Shown: one piece after another, positions 48,948-58,541 of the stretch
Position numbering within the stretch: the stretch's first letter is position 1
How the letters are laid out: every line of letters starts with the position of its first letter
From: an uncultured Actinomycetes bacterium
GTDB taxonomy: Bacteria > Actinomycetota > Thermoleophilia > RBG-16-64-13
NCBI GenBank assembly: GCA_947085635.1
Contig: CAMTXC010000002.1
Span: 25,356 to 89,355, forward strand
Reading direction: 5' to 3'
Length of the DNA stretch: 64,000 bases
Translations under genes and position numbers: made by a program
The notes under the pieces: model-generated
The model's database searches: none
What the model was told of the DNA's origin: nothing
The model's input: only the letters and a program-made list of their open reading frames with translations

Positions 48948-50038
48948 GAATCGAACCCCTCCTCGCTCCCTCCATCACGGCCAGAGAGGCGGTCGATGGC
49001 TCCTACGCGCTCGTGGACGTGAGGTCTCCGCGCGAGTTCGCTGAGGGCCACGTGCCTGGGGCCCTAAACCTGCCGCTGCTCAGCGACGCAGAAAGAGCCG
49101 CGGTGGGCTTCGCCTATCGCGAACAGGGGGCGCAGACCGCCCGCATGATCGCGGTGGATCTGATCAGCGGAGGGCTGCCCGGATACCTGCGCACCCTTCG
49201 TGTTCTTGCCGGCGGGGGGCGGCGCCTGGCCGTGATGTGCTGGCGCGGGGGAGAGCGCAGCCGGAACGCCGTGCTGCTGCTGGCTCTGGTGGGAGTGCAT
49301 GCCATTCAAGTGGAGGGTGGCTACAAAGCGTACCGAAGGATGGTGCTGGACGACCTCGAGGCGTGGCGGCCGGACCGACCGGTGTTCACCCTCTACGGTC
49401 ACACCGGGTCGGGAAAGACGGCGCTGCTGCGCGCGCTGGCCGACGTGGATAGCGGCACGCTGAGACCCTGGGTCGTCGATCTCGAGGGCCTCGCCCTGCA
49501 CCGGGGATCGCTCCTCGGCGGCCTGAACCAGCCGGGAACTCGCACCCAGAAGGACTTCGACGCGCTCCTCCTCAAGGCGCTGGATCGCCCCAAGGGTGAC
49601 TACCTCGTGGTGGAGGGCGAAGGCGGCAAGATCGGGCACCTCTTTCTGCCCCGCTCCGTGGGCGAGCTTGTTCGCGGCGGCATCCCGGTGTTGGTGGCGT
49701 CGCCCCTCGAGAAGCGCGCAGAGCGTATCATGGAGGAGTACTCGCCCGGCACATGGGACGGCGCCGATGTCTCACGCTTCCGCAAGAGCCTCGGATCCAT
49801 CGGTGCTCGGCTGCCTTCGGCGATCATGTCCACCTTGAGGGAGGCATTCGATGATGGTAGATTCTACGACGTCGTGCGGGGGCTTCTTGAGTCATACTAC
49901 GATCCTCTTTATCAGCGTTCCTCCATCTCGGGGAGAGACTTCGCCCTCGTCTTCGACGTGGGTGAGAGCGTCGCCGATGATGCGTCGCGCCTCGCCCGAC
50001 ACCTCGAGCCGTTGACCGGCCGCCGGGACACTCATTGA
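48944..50038 (+). CDS. mnmH: tRNA 2-selenouridine synthase (rhodanese + P-loop)
   Basis: DVRSPREF.EGH.PGA.NLP, CWRGGERS, GGYKAYR, GHTGSGKT, DLEGLA.HRGS, YYDPLY. Confidence 0.88.
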   Translation: MRIEPLLAPSITAREAVDGSYALVDVRSPREFAEGHVPGALNLPLLSDAERAAVGFAYREQGAQTARMIAVDLISGGLPGYLRTLRVLAGGGRRLAVMCWRGGERSRNAVLLLALVGVHAIQVEGGYKAYRRMVLDDLEAWRPDRPVFTLYGHTGSGKTALLRALADVDSGTLRPWVVDLEGLALHRGSLLGGLNQPGTRTQKDFDALLLKALDRPKGDYLVVEGEGGKIGHLFLPRSVGELVRGGIPVLVASPLEKRAERIMEEYSPGTWDGADVSRFRKSLGSIGARLPSAIMSTLREAFDDGRFYDVVRGLLESYYDPLYQRSSISGRDFALVFDVGESVADDASRLARHLEPLTGRRDTH

Positions 50039-50835
50039 TGTTCGAGATCGGCGATACTCTGCGCGAAGCGCGCATCCGTCAGGGCATGAGCCTGAAAGAC
50101 GTTGAGGATGCGCTGAAAATCCGAGGGAGGTACCTGCTCGCGCTCGAGCAGGACGACTTCGAATCACTTCCGGGCTCCACGTTCGTGAAGGCCTTCCTGC
50201 GCACGTATGCCGACTTTCTTGGGCTCGACGCCAACGTGCTGGTGTCGGAGTATGTCGCCCAGAGAAACCCAGAAGGGCAGGACATCGTCCGGCAGCCCCT
50301 TCGTACTTCCTCCGGACCTCGCACGCGCTCGCCTCGCCGCCAGCCGAACTACGTCGTGGTCGCGGTTGCGGCACTCGTGATCATCGTGATCTTGGCGTTG
50401 GTCTTCAGGGGCGGCGGCGAGGATCCAGCCACCATCGATCCGGCGAGTGTCTCTACCTCGTCCACGCAGACGCCCGCCGAGGGTGGGAGCGGGAGCGCCC
50501 CGGACGAGGCGGTGGAGGGGGTCGTGGTCGCGGCCACCGACGCCGCGGCCGACCCTCCGGTGGATCGGATGCCCGACACGCTCGACCTGGCCCTCCGAGT
50601 TGTTCAGAACCGCTGCTGGATCGTGATCCGCGAAGGATCGGCCGAAGGCCGTACGCTGTACTCCGGCACCCTCACCGAGGGTGAGGAGCTCACGTATTCG
50701 AGCGCCGAGGGATTGTGGTTCCGCATCGGGGATCCTTCGGTGGTGGTGCTGTATGTCGACGGTCAGTTGCTCGATGTCCCCGAGCCGTACGGTGACTTCC
50801 TTGTGACCGAGTCGGGAATCAGGCGGGACGAATGA
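50038..50835 (+). CDS. rodZ: RodZ-like HTH membrane protein (DUF4115)
   Basis: IGDTLREAR, KIR..YL.ALE, FLRTYA..LGL; single TM; C-terminal beta domain (CWI..., RIG.P). Confidence 0.88.
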   Translation: MFEIGDTLREARIRQGMSLKDVEDALKIRGRYLLALEQDDFESLPGSTFVKAFLRTYADFLGLDANVLVSEYVAQRNPEGQDIVRQPLRTSSGPRTRSPRRQPNYVVVAVAALVIIVILALVFRGGGEDPATIDPASVSTSSTQTPAEGGSGSAPDEAVEGVVVAATDAAADPPVDRMPDTLDLALRVVQNRCWIVIREGSAEGRTLYSGTLTEGEELTYSSAEGLWFRIGDPSVVVLYVDGQLLDVPEPYGDFLVTESGIRRDE

Positions 50836-50848
50836 ACCGCGGTGGCCG

Positions 50849-52192
50849 TTGACGACGGCTCCGGGCGTTCACATCATCACGCTGGGGTGCCCGAAGAACG
50901 AGGCGGACAGTCAGGCGTTGACACGCCGTCTGAAGGCCGAGGGGATCCGCGTCGTCGAGAATCCCGCAGGGGCGAGCCACCTTCTGCTGAACACCTGCGG
51001 ATTCATCGAGGATGCCCGAAAAGAGTCCATCGCGGCCATACTCGAGACCGCCGCCTCCTATCCCGAGACGCGTCTTCACGTGATGGGTTGTCTGGTGGAA
51101 CGATACCGGACCGAGCTCGAGGAAGGGCTCCCGGAAGTGCACGGCTGGTACGGTCTCGGGGATCTCGGAGCGCTGACGGCGATCCTGCGGGCCGAGGCGG
51201 GCTCGGCTTCCGGCGGACTCGACCTGTCGCTTCCCGCCTCGAACCCGGCGAGCATCGTAGCGGGTCCGATCACCGCCCACGCGTACGTGAAGATCAGTGA
51301 TGGGTGCGATCATCTGTGTAGTTTCTGTGCCATCCCCGCGATCAAGGGGCCCTACCATTCGTTGTCGCCGGCCGAGATCGTGGAGCAGGCGGAAGGGGCG
51401 CTCGAAGTCGGAGCTCGGGAGCTGGTATTCGTGGGCCAGGACACTACTTTGTGGCGGGGCGACGGGATGGACGTTCTGGATCTCGTGGGACTCGTCTCCG
51501 AGGACGATCGTGTGCTCCGGGTGCGCCTGATGTACCTCCAGCCCGAGCACGTGGACGACCGTTTTCTGGCGGCGATGACCCTCCACCCGAAGCTCTGTGG
51601 CTACCTCGATATCCCCTTTCAGCATGCGCATCGGGACGTTCTCAGGGCCATGGGGCGCCGGGGCGACGCGGCGGCCTACCTGCACCTGCTCGAGAGAGCC
51701 AGGGTTATCATGCCGGACGTATCGGTGCGCAGCACGTTCATCGTGGGCTTCCCGGGGGAGACCGAGGAGCACGTGCAGGCGCTGGGCGATTTCTTGCGGG
51801 CCGCGCGCTTCGATCATGCCGGCGCCTTCGCGTTCAGTCCGGAGGAGGGCACGCCGGCGGCCGCGTTGGATCGAAGGCCCCCGGCCCGTACGGTGCGACG
51901 GAGGCTGTCATACGTCAGTGCTATACTCGCGGAGTCGGCTGAGCGGGCCTGCAGCGCCCGTGTTGGGGAACGGGTGGAAGTGCTGATCGAGTCGCCGGCC
52001 GACGCAGACGCTCCCGAGGGTGTGGTCGCCATCGGACGCACCCGCGGTCAGGCGCCGGATGTGGACGGCGTGACGTATCTGTCGGGGCGCCTGCCCCCGG
52101 ATGTGGGCGTGGGGGACGCGGTACAGGCGGTCGTCACGGAGGCGATCGGACACGACCTGGCGGCGGAGCCGGATGCGATTGAACCTGCCTAA
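50849..52192 (+). CDS. rimO: Ribosomal protein S12 methylthiotransferase
   Basis: LGCPKN, NTCGFI, KISDGCDHLCSFCAIP, LDIPFQH, FIVGFPGE, APDVDG (TRAM). Confidence 0.93.
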   Translation: MTTAPGVHIITLGCPKNEADSQALTRRLKAEGIRVVENPAGASHLLLNTCGFIEDARKESIAAILETAASYPETRLHVMGCLVERYRTELEEGLPEVHGWYGLGDLGALTAILRAEAGSASGGLDLSLPASNPASIVAGPITAHAYVKISDGCDHLCSFCAIPAIKGPYHSLSPAEIVEQAEGALEVGARELVFVGQDTTLWRGDGMDVLDLVGLVSEDDRVLRVRLMYLQPEHVDDRFLAAMTLHPKLCGYLDIPFQHAHRDVLRAMGRRGDAAAYLHLLERARVIMPDVSVRSTFIVGFPGETEEHVQALGDFLRAARFDHAGAFAFSPEEGTPAAALDRRPPARTVRRRLSYVSAILAESAERACSARVGERVEVLIESPADADAPEGVVAIGRTRGQAPDVDGVTYLSGRLPPDVGVGDAVQAVVTEAIGHDLAAEPDAIEPA

Positions 52193-52820
52193 TTCCATCA
52201 CCATCTTCCGTATACTGCTCATCCCGGTCTTCATGGTGTTCCTGCTGGGGAGTCTTCCGCTCGGCGCGGATAAGGCCCGCGCAGACGAACTGAGCGCTCT
52301 GCTCGCCGCGTTGGTCTTCGGGTTGGCGGCGGCCAGCGACTCCCTCGACGGGTATTTCGCTCGCAGACGGCGCCAGATCACAGTTCTTGGGGCGTTCCTC
52401 GACCCACTCGCCGACAAGCTTCTCGTCTCTGCCGCCCTGTTGGCGCTCATCGAGCTGCAGAAGCTGTCCGCGTGGATTGCTATGGTGATCATAGCTCGGG
52501 AATTCGCGGTCTCGGGGCTGAGGATGGTGGCGGCGGCGGAAGCTGTCATCATCCCGGCGAGTAGGTGGGGCAAGGCGAAGACGGCGAGCCAGATGGCCGC
52601 CATCCTCGCGGTGATCCTCGACCCGGCGGTGGAACTCGCCGGTAGGCGCATATCGTGGTATCTGGTGATGGTCGCGGTCGTTCTCACCATATGGAGCGGC
52701 ATCGACTACTTCGTAAAGGCGCGCGAACGACTATACATGCCCGAGAAGGCGTCCGAGAAGTCTCCGGAGCCGGCTGAGGGTGGTGACGAAGTGGAGGAGA
52801 GAGCCAGGGGTGGAGGCTGA
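52173..52820 (+). CDS. pgsA: CDP-diacylglycerol--glycerol-3-phosphate phosphatidyltransferase
   Basis: NLPN.IT..R, D.LDG..AR...IT..G.FLDPLADK, REF.VSGLR, GK.KT. Confidence 0.95.
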   Translation: MRLNLPNSITIFRILLIPVFMVFLLGSLPLGADKARADELSALLAALVFGLAAASDSLDGYFARRRRQITVLGAFLDPLADKLLVSAALLALIELQKLSAWIAMVIIAREFAVSGLRMVAAAEAVIIPASRWGKAKTASQMAAILAVILDPAVELAGRRISWYLVMVAVVLTIWSGIDYFVKARERLYMPEKASEKSPEPAEGGDEVEERARGGG

Positions 52821-53364
52821 GAGGGCTCGAGTATTTGTGGGCGTACCCGCGCCTGCAGGCGTCGTCGATGTGGTGAGTAAGGCACAGGAATCGCTGCTTG
52901 TGGGAGCGGGGTGGCGAAGAACCCCCGTGGAGCGCCTGCACGTCACGTTGGCCTTCATCGGTGAGGTGTCGGAAGGGAGTCTGGAGGCGGCCCGACAAGC
53001 CGTGGTAGGGCTCGGAGGCGCTCCCGGCGGTGTCCCCGAGCTTGACGGCTTCCTGTTCCTGCCGGCCCGCAGCCGAGCGCGGGTGGCGGCGCTCGGATTT
53101 CACGATCCCGGGCGTGTGTTCGAAGGACTGTACGAAGAAGTGATGGGCCGGCTGGAGTCGGCGGGTGTGATGAAGCGAGAGGGTCGGGCTTTCCGTCCTC
53201 ATCTGACCATCGCCCGCGCACGACGGCCTATCGAAGTCGGACCAATGTCCGATGTTCCGAGAAGCGTGTTCTCGGTAGAGTCCATGTGCCTGTATCGAAG
53301 CGAGCTGCGCCGTGAGGGCCCCGTCTACATAGTCGTAGAGCGGATCGCACTGAGTCGAAGATGA
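52810..53364 (+). CDS. thpR: RNA 2',3'-cyclic phosphodiesterase (2H family)
   Basis: Two HxT motifs ([16 protein letters not shown]), LYRSEL..GPVY. Confidence 0.9.
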   Translation: MEAERARVFVGVPAPAGVVDVVSKAQESLLVGAGWRRTPVERLHVTLAFIGEVSEGSLEAARQAVVGLGGAPGGVPELDGFLFLPARSRARVAALGFHDPGRVFEGLYEEVMGRLESAGVMKREGRAFRPHLTIARARRPIEVGPMSDVPRSVFSVESMCLYRSELRREGPVYIVVERIALSRR

Positions 53365-53386
53365 GCCAACGAGGCTAGGAGGAGAC

Positions 53387-54439
53387 GTGGAGAAAGACAA
53401 GGCCCTGGACATGGCGGTGAGTCAGATCGAACGTCAGTTCGGCAAGGGCGCGATAATGAGAATGGGCGACGAGGCGGCGGCGGTCCGGTGTGCCGCGATA
53501 TCCACGGGGTCCCTGGGTCTCGATCTGGGTCTCGGCGTCGGCGGAGTCCCCCGTGGCCGAGTGGTAGAGGTGTTCGGCCCTGAATCCAGCGGGAAGACCA
53601 CTCTCGCCTTCCACATGATCGCCGAAGCTCAGAAGGCGGGCGGGAAGGCCGCCTTCATCGACGCCGAGCACGCGATGGACCCTCTGTACGCCAGGAATAT
53701 CGGTGTCAAGGTCGACGATCTTCTCCTCTCTCAACCCGATCATGGCGAGCAGGCTCTCGAGATCGCGGAGTTGCTCATACGCAGTGGGGCTCTTGATATC
53801 CTCGTGATCGATTCCGTCGCGGCCCTCACGCCCCGCGCCGAGATCGAGGGCGAGATGGGCGATTCGCATGTGGGCCTCCAGGCTCGGCTCATGAGCCAAG
53901 CGCTCAGGAAGTTGGCCGGCACCATCAACAAAACTCAGACGACGGCTGTCTTCATCAATCAGCTGCGCGAGAAGGTCGGAGTCATGTTCGGCAATCCCGA
54001 GGTCACGCCGGGAGGTCGGGCCCTCAAGTTCTACGCCTCGGTCCGGTTGGATATCCGCCGTATCGAGACACTGAAGGACGGCGATCAGGCGGTCGGCAAC
54101 CGCGTGAGAGTGCGGGTGGTCAAGAACAAGGTCGCGCCTCCCTTCAAGCAGGCCGAGTTCGACATCATGTATGGCTTCGGCATCTCCGTGGAGGGCGAGG
54201 TGCTCGACATGGCGGTCGAACACAAGATCGTCCAGAAGAGCGGCGCGTGGTACAGCTACGGCGACCTGCGCCTCGGTCAAGGCAGAGAGAACGTGAAGCA
54301 GTTTCTGAAAGCGGATCGGCCACTGCTCGAGAAGTTGCGCTCGGAGATCCTGGCTCAACATCAACCGAAGGTCGAGGTGGAGCCGGAGGTCGAAACTCCG
54401 GAGACGCCGGTCGAGGTCGTTCCGACCGCTGCTGAGTGA
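53387..54439 (+). CDS. recA: Recombinase RecA
   Basis: [50 protein letters not shown]. Confidence 0.99.
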   Translation: MEKDKALDMAVSQIERQFGKGAIMRMGDEAAAVRCAAISTGSLGLDLGLGVGGVPRGRVVEVFGPESSGKTTLAFHMIAEAQKAGGKAAFIDAEHAMDPLYARNIGVKVDDLLLSQPDHGEQALEIAELLIRSGALDILVIDSVAALTPRAEIEGEMGDSHVGLQARLMSQALRKLAGTINKTQTTAVFINQLREKVGVMFGNPEVTPGGRALKFYASVRLDIRRIETLKDGDQAVGNRVRVRVVKNKVAPPFKQAEFDIMYGFGISVEGEVLDMAVEHKIVQKSGAWYSYGDLRLGQGRENVKQFLKADRPLLEKLRSEILAQHQPKVEVEPEVETPETPVEVVPTAAE

Positions 54440-54440
54440 T

Positions 54441-55175
54441 TTGACTGCCGCATTCCCCGGTCGCCCCCGGAGGCAGCGCGGTGGGGGAAGCCTCCGACCC
54501 CTCGAGGATCCCGAGGTACCGGCTGTCATCGAGTCTCTGAGCTCGCGGCAGGGAGACGGCGAACTGGTGAAGTTGACTTTCGCGGGTGGAGCGACCCTGG
54601 TCGTGCCGGCCCAGATCGTCGCCGAACTCGGGCTGAAAGCGGGAGTCCTCGTCGACCGGGACGCGCTGGAGCGACTTCGAGCGGAGGCGGAGATGAGCCA
54701 GGCGCGGGCGCGCGGCCTCCGCTTCCTCGAGGCGCGGGAGAGGTCACGAGCCGAAGTGGGCACACGCTTGGCGCGCTACGGATACACTCAGCAGGTTGTC
54801 GATCGCGTGGTGGAATGGCTTGAAGCTCTTGGGTACATCGACGATGCCCGTTTCGCGGAGAGCTACGTGCGTTCGTCCCGCCGGCGCACGCTGGGCCCGC
54901 GCCGGATCCGTGCGGAACTCAGGCTCAAGGGCGTCGCCGCGAAGGTCATCGAGCACGCGCTGAACGAAGCGCCCGAGGCATCGACCGACTCGGCGGAGGG
55001 GGAACTCGAAGAGCTCACCTCCCAAGTCCGACGGAAGTTCGGTCGACTCATGCTCACCGACCCCGTAGCGGCGCGGCGACGAGCCGCGGGGTTCCTTGGG
55101 CGTCGAGGGTACCAGGGCTCGGTCATCGACAAGGTGATCAGGAGCGTGGAGCAGGAGCCGCAGGACGAGTCTTGA
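54441..55175 (+). CDS. recX: Regulatory protein RecX (long, N-extended form)
   Basis: RERSRAEV..RL, GYIDDARFA, GPRRIRAELRLKG, FLGRRGY; directly after recA; start uncertain. Confidence 0.88.
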   Translation: MTAAFPGRPRRQRGGGSLRPLEDPEVPAVIESLSSRQGDGELVKLTFAGGATLVVPAQIVAELGLKAGVLVDRDALERLRAEAEMSQARARGLRFLEARERSRAEVGTRLARYGYTQQVVDRVVEWLEALGYIDDARFAESYVRSSRRRTLGPRRIRAELRLKGVAAKVIEHALNEAPEASTDSAEGELEELTSQVRRKFGRLMLTDPVAARRRAAGFLGRRGYQGSVIDKVIRSVEQEPQDES

Positions 55176-55216
55176 GGAGCGAACGTGGGTCGAACCGCAA
55201 GATATCCACAGGTTCC

Positions 55217-55246
55217 TTGACACTTTTCTCACAGAACCGGTAGACT
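55217..55246 (+). promoter_or_regulatory. sigma70-type promoter driving the structured RNA and/or rny
   Basis: TTGACA (55217-55222), 18-nt spacer, TAGACT (55241-55246). Confidence 0.7.
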
Positions 55247-55252
55247 GACTCA

Positions 55253-55524
55253 TGTACCGACGAAGGGTTGGCACTGGTTCGGCTAGGTCCACTCGTAGCG
55301 ATAGATGTTCCTGGTAATCAGCGATTTCGTGGCAGAGGTCATCGATAGGTATCGGTTCTAGAACCTCTTGAGGGGTGCGGTCGGCCAGAATCTACTGGTG
55401 TGCGCCACCGCGAATCGCTGGTAGCTCGAAGAGCGCGAGAAGAACGAGAGGACCTACCGACGGCCGGGCGATGCTCGGCTTTCTCTATGGCCGCGACTGC
55501 TCTCCCTCGTTGGACGAGTTTTTT
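55253..55524 (+). ncRNA. Putative ~260-nt rod-like ncRNA (6S/Ms1-like)
   Basis: Nested long-range stems 55257-67/55504-13, 55284-96/55444-56, 55318-26/55413-21, 55329-33/55404-08, 55334-39/55363-68; large central bubble; upstream promoter; ends at T6 (55519-24). Confidence 0.65.
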
Positions 55525-55564
55525 GCGCGTCACCAGCCGTCCCGCGACATGGACTGGAGAGTCG

Positions 55565-57103
55565 ATGAACGGATTTTGGGTCCTCTTGGCCCTGGGTATG
55601 TCCGTCGTCGGTTTGGCAGCCGGATACCTTCTTCGCAAGTACGTTGGAGAGGCCAAGATCAGCTCCGCTGAGCAAGAGGCCAAGAAGGTTCTCGCAGCCG
55701 CCGAGCGACAGGCAGAAGCAACCAAGAAGGAAGCTCTGCTCGAGGTCAAGGATGAGCTACATGGCCTCCGCACAGAGGCGGAAGCAGAACTGAGAGAACG
55801 CCGTCACGAATTGACCCAGCTCGAGAAGCGGGTCCTGCAGCGAGACGAGGCGCTCGACGAGAAGCAGAAAGAGGTCGCCAGGCAGGAGCAGTCTCTGGCC
55901 GACCGTGACCATCACCTTCGCAAGACTCAAGAGGAGGTGGAGGCTCTCAAGGTCGAGCATGGACGCACCCTCGAGACCCTGTCCGGCCTTTCCCAGGCCG
56001 AAGCCAGGGACCTCCTGTTGAAGAGCGCCGAAGACGACGTCCGGCACGACATGGCGAAGATGGTGCGGGCGGTCGAGGAGGAGGCGAAGCGTGAAGGCGA
56101 TCGCCGCGCTCGGAACGTCCTCTCGCTATGCATCCAGAGGACGGCCGCCAACCACGTGGCCGAAACGACCGTCTCCGTCGTACAGCTGGCTTCCGACGAC
56201 TTGAAGGGCAGGATCATCGGCCGGGAGGGTCGGAACATCCGCACGCTCGAGAACCTCACGGGCATCGAGTTCATCATCGACGACACGCCGGAAGCGGTGG
56301 TGTTGTCCGGGTTCGACACGGTGAGGCGTGAGATCGCGCGCCTCACACTTACCAAGCTCGTGGCCGATGGGAGGATCCATCCCGCCAAGATCGAGGAGAT
56401 GTACTCCAAGGCCCGGGACGAAGTGGAGAACGACATCAAGGAGGCCGGGGAACAGGCCACCTTCGAGGCCGATATCCACGGTCTGGCCCCGGAGTTGGTC
56501 AAGTTGCTCGGCCGCCTCAAGTACCGCACCAGCTACGGGCAGAACGTGTTGAAGCACTCGCTCGAGGTGGGTCATCTCGCCGGCCTCATGGCAGCGGAGC
56601 TGGGCGCCAATCCCAAGCTTGCCAAGCGGGCGGGTATCCTGCACGACCTCGGGAAGGCGGTCGACCACGAAGTCGAAGGCTCTCACGCGGTCATCGGCGC
56701 CAATCTGGCCCGGCGGTACGCCGAATCCGAGGCGATCGTCCACGTCATCGAATCGCACCATAACGACGTGGAGCCGCAGACTGTGGAGGCGGTGCTGGTA
56801 GCGGCTGCCGACGCGGTCTCGGGAGCCCGGCCGGGCGCGCGTCGCGAGACGTTGGAGACCTACGTGAAGCGCCTGGAGTCGCTCGAGAGGATCGCCGAGT
56901 CGAAGAAGGGCGTGGAGAAGTCGTATGCCATCCAGGCGGGGCGCGAGATCCGGGTCATGGTGAAGCCCGATGAGGTCGACGACGACCTGGCCGTTCTGCT
57001 CTGTCGTGAGATCGCCAAGGAGATCGAGCAGGAGCTCGACTACCCCGGGCAGATCCGGGTAACGGTGATCCGCGAGAGCCGCGCGGTGGATTACGCGAAG
57101 TAG
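55565..57103 (+). CDS. rny: Ribonuclease Y
   Basis: N-terminal TM, coiled coil, KH ([13 protein letters not shown]), HD (LHDLGK), [20 protein letters not shown]. Confidence 0.97.
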   Translation: MNGFWVLLALGMSVVGLAAGYLLRKYVGEAKISSAEQEAKKVLAAAERQAEATKKEALLEVKDELHGLRTEAEAELRERRHELTQLEKRVLQRDEALDEKQKEVARQEQSLADRDHHLRKTQEEVEALKVEHGRTLETLSGLSQAEARDLLLKSAEDDVRHDMAKMVRAVEEEAKREGDRRARNVLSLCIQRTAANHVAETTVSVVQLASDDLKGRIIGREGRNIRTLENLTGIEFIIDDTPEAVVLSGFDTVRREIARLTLTKLVADGRIHPAKIEEMYSKARDEVENDIKEAGEQATFEADIHGLAPELVKLLGRLKYRTSYGQNVLKHSLEVGHLAGLMAAELGANPKLAKRAGILHDLGKAVDHEVEGSHAVIGANLARRYAESEAIVHVIESHHNDVEPQTVEAVLVAAADAVSGARPGARRETLETYVKRLESLERIAESKKGVEKSYAIQAGREIRVMVKPDEVDDDLAVLLCREIAKEIEQELDYPGQIRVTVIRESRAVDYAK

Positions 57104-57161
57104 GAGCTTCCGGCGGAGACTGCCGGGTGTCGTCGTGCACCCGGCCTTCCGCCTCGGCTCC
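57103..57161 (+). terminator. Extended hairpin between rny and miaB
   Basis: GCCGGGTG(57122-29)/CACCCGGC(57138-45), flanked by GGCGGAG/TTCCGCC and GGAGC/GCTCC; no U tract. Confidence 0.45.
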
Positions 57162-57170
57162 CCGTGAGCG

Positions 57171-58541
57171 ATGCACGTCCACGCGCACCGCACCTACTAC
57201 CTACGCACCTTCGGGTGCCAGATGAACGAGCACGACTCTGAGCGCATCTCGGGGCTGATGCAGGGGCTGGGCTACGGTCCGGTCGATATGCCCGACCAGG
57301 GCGACGTCCTGCTGTACAACACCTGCTCCATCCGCGAGAAGGCCGACACGCGTCTCATCGGACATCTTGGTCATGCCCGCCGCCTAAAGGCCCACGATCC
57401 GCAGAGGCTCGTAGTCGTGGCCGGGTGCCTCGCCCAGAGCAGGCAGGCGGAGTTCTTCCGAGAGCACCCCTATGTGGACGTGCTGGTGGGGCCGCAGAGC
57501 CTCCACCTTCTTCCCGCTTTGCTGGATGAGCGGGTGTCCACCGGCCGCCAGGTGGGGGCCTTCGAGGAGTCCACCAGCACATGGAGCGCCGAACTGCCGC
57601 GTGTGCGGCAGAGCGGTCCACTCGCTTGGATACAGATCATGACCGGATGCAGCAACTACTGCTCGTACTGCATCGTCCCCTATGTGAGGGGTCCCGAAGC
57701 GAGCCGCCCCCTGAACGAGATCGTCGAGGAAACGCGGGAGCTCGTGAGGCAGGGAGTGCGCGAGGTGACCCTGCTCGGCCAGAACGTGAACGCGTACGGC
57801 CTCGAACCCGCATCACGGGCGGGTGGCGGGTTCCCCGCTCTGCTGGAAGCTCTCGCCGGGGTCGCCGGCATCGAGCGCATCCGCTTCATGACATCCCACC
57901 CCAAGGACGTGTCGCCCGCGTTGATCGAGGCTATGGCCGGCCTGCGACAGGTCTGCGAGCACCTCCATCTGCCGGTGCAATCGGGCAGCGATCGGATCCT
58001 GCACCTCATGAAGCGTGGATACGATCGCGCCGGCTACCTGGCTCTGGTGGGTCGCCTCCGTATCGCTATCCCGCGGCTTGCCTTGACCACCGACCTGATC
58101 ATCGGCTTCCCCTCGGAGACGGAACGCGACTTCGAGGAAACGGTTCACCTGGTGGAGACGGTCGGATTCGACGGAGCCTTCACCTTCCAGTACTCTCCGC
58201 GAAGCCGGACGGCGGCGGCCGAACTGCCCGGACGCATCGATCCGGAGGCGCTCCAGACGAGGATGCGCCGCCTGATCGAGACGACGCAACGCCTGGGGAC
58301 GGAGCGCAATGAGCTACTCGTGGGCGCCGAGGTAGAGGTGCTGGTAGAGGGTCGCAGTCGGCGCGACCCCGACACGCTGATGGGTCGCACCCGCACCCAC
58401 AAGGTCGTCAACTTCAGCGCCGCCGCCGCCGTTCTGCCCGGCGACCTCGTCGAGGTGACGATCGAGCGGGCTTCCTCCACCAGCCTGACCGGCACCGCTG
58501 TGTCGCCCTTCGGACCGTGGATGGAGTCAGACGCCTCATGA
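57171..58541 (+). CDS. miaB: tRNA-2-methylthio-N6-isopentenyladenosine synthase
   Basis: TFGCQMNEHDSE, NTCSIREKA, GCSNYCSYCIVP, LGQNVN, HLPVQSG; TRAM domain. Confidence 0.96.
   Translation: MHVHAHRTYYLRTFGCQMNEHDSERISGLMQGLGYGPVDMPDQGDVLLYNTCSIREKADTRLIGHLGHARRLKAHDPQRLVVVAGCLAQSRQAEFFREHPYVDVLVGPQSLHLLPALLDERVSTGRQVGAFEESTSTWSAELPRVRQSGPLAWIQIMTGCSNYCSYCIVPYVRGPEASRPLNEIVEETRELVRQGVREVTLLGQNVNAYGLEPASRAGGGFPALLEALAGVAGIERIRFMTSHPKDVSPALIEAMAGLRQVCEHLHLPVQSGSDRILHLMKRGYDRAGYLALVGRLRIAIPRLALTTDLIIGFPSETERDFEETVHLVETVGFDGAFTFQYSPRSRTAAAELPGRIDPEALQTRMRRLIETTQRLGTERNELLVGAEVEVLVEGRSRRDPDTLMGRTRTHKVVNFSAAAAVLPGDLVEVTIERASSTSLTGTAVSPFGPWMESDAS

Noticed and set aside
54441-54700. RecX N-terminal extension as a novel domain
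   Set aside because: Resembles the known longer Firmicutes-type RecX N-terminus.
55180-55196. LexA box downstream of recX (CGAACGTGGGTCGAAC)
   Set aside because: The right half does not match GTTCG at N4 spacing.
55375-55671. Small ORFs or an N-terminal extension of rny across the structured spacer
   Set aside because: No motifs; RNase Y begins at its TM helix (ATG 55565 with SD GGAG); base-pairing explains the region better.
48944-58541. Selenoproteins (in-frame TGA) prompted by mnmH
   Set aside because: The Cys motifs of MnmH, RimO and MiaB are ordinary Cys codons, and no gene appears split at TGA.
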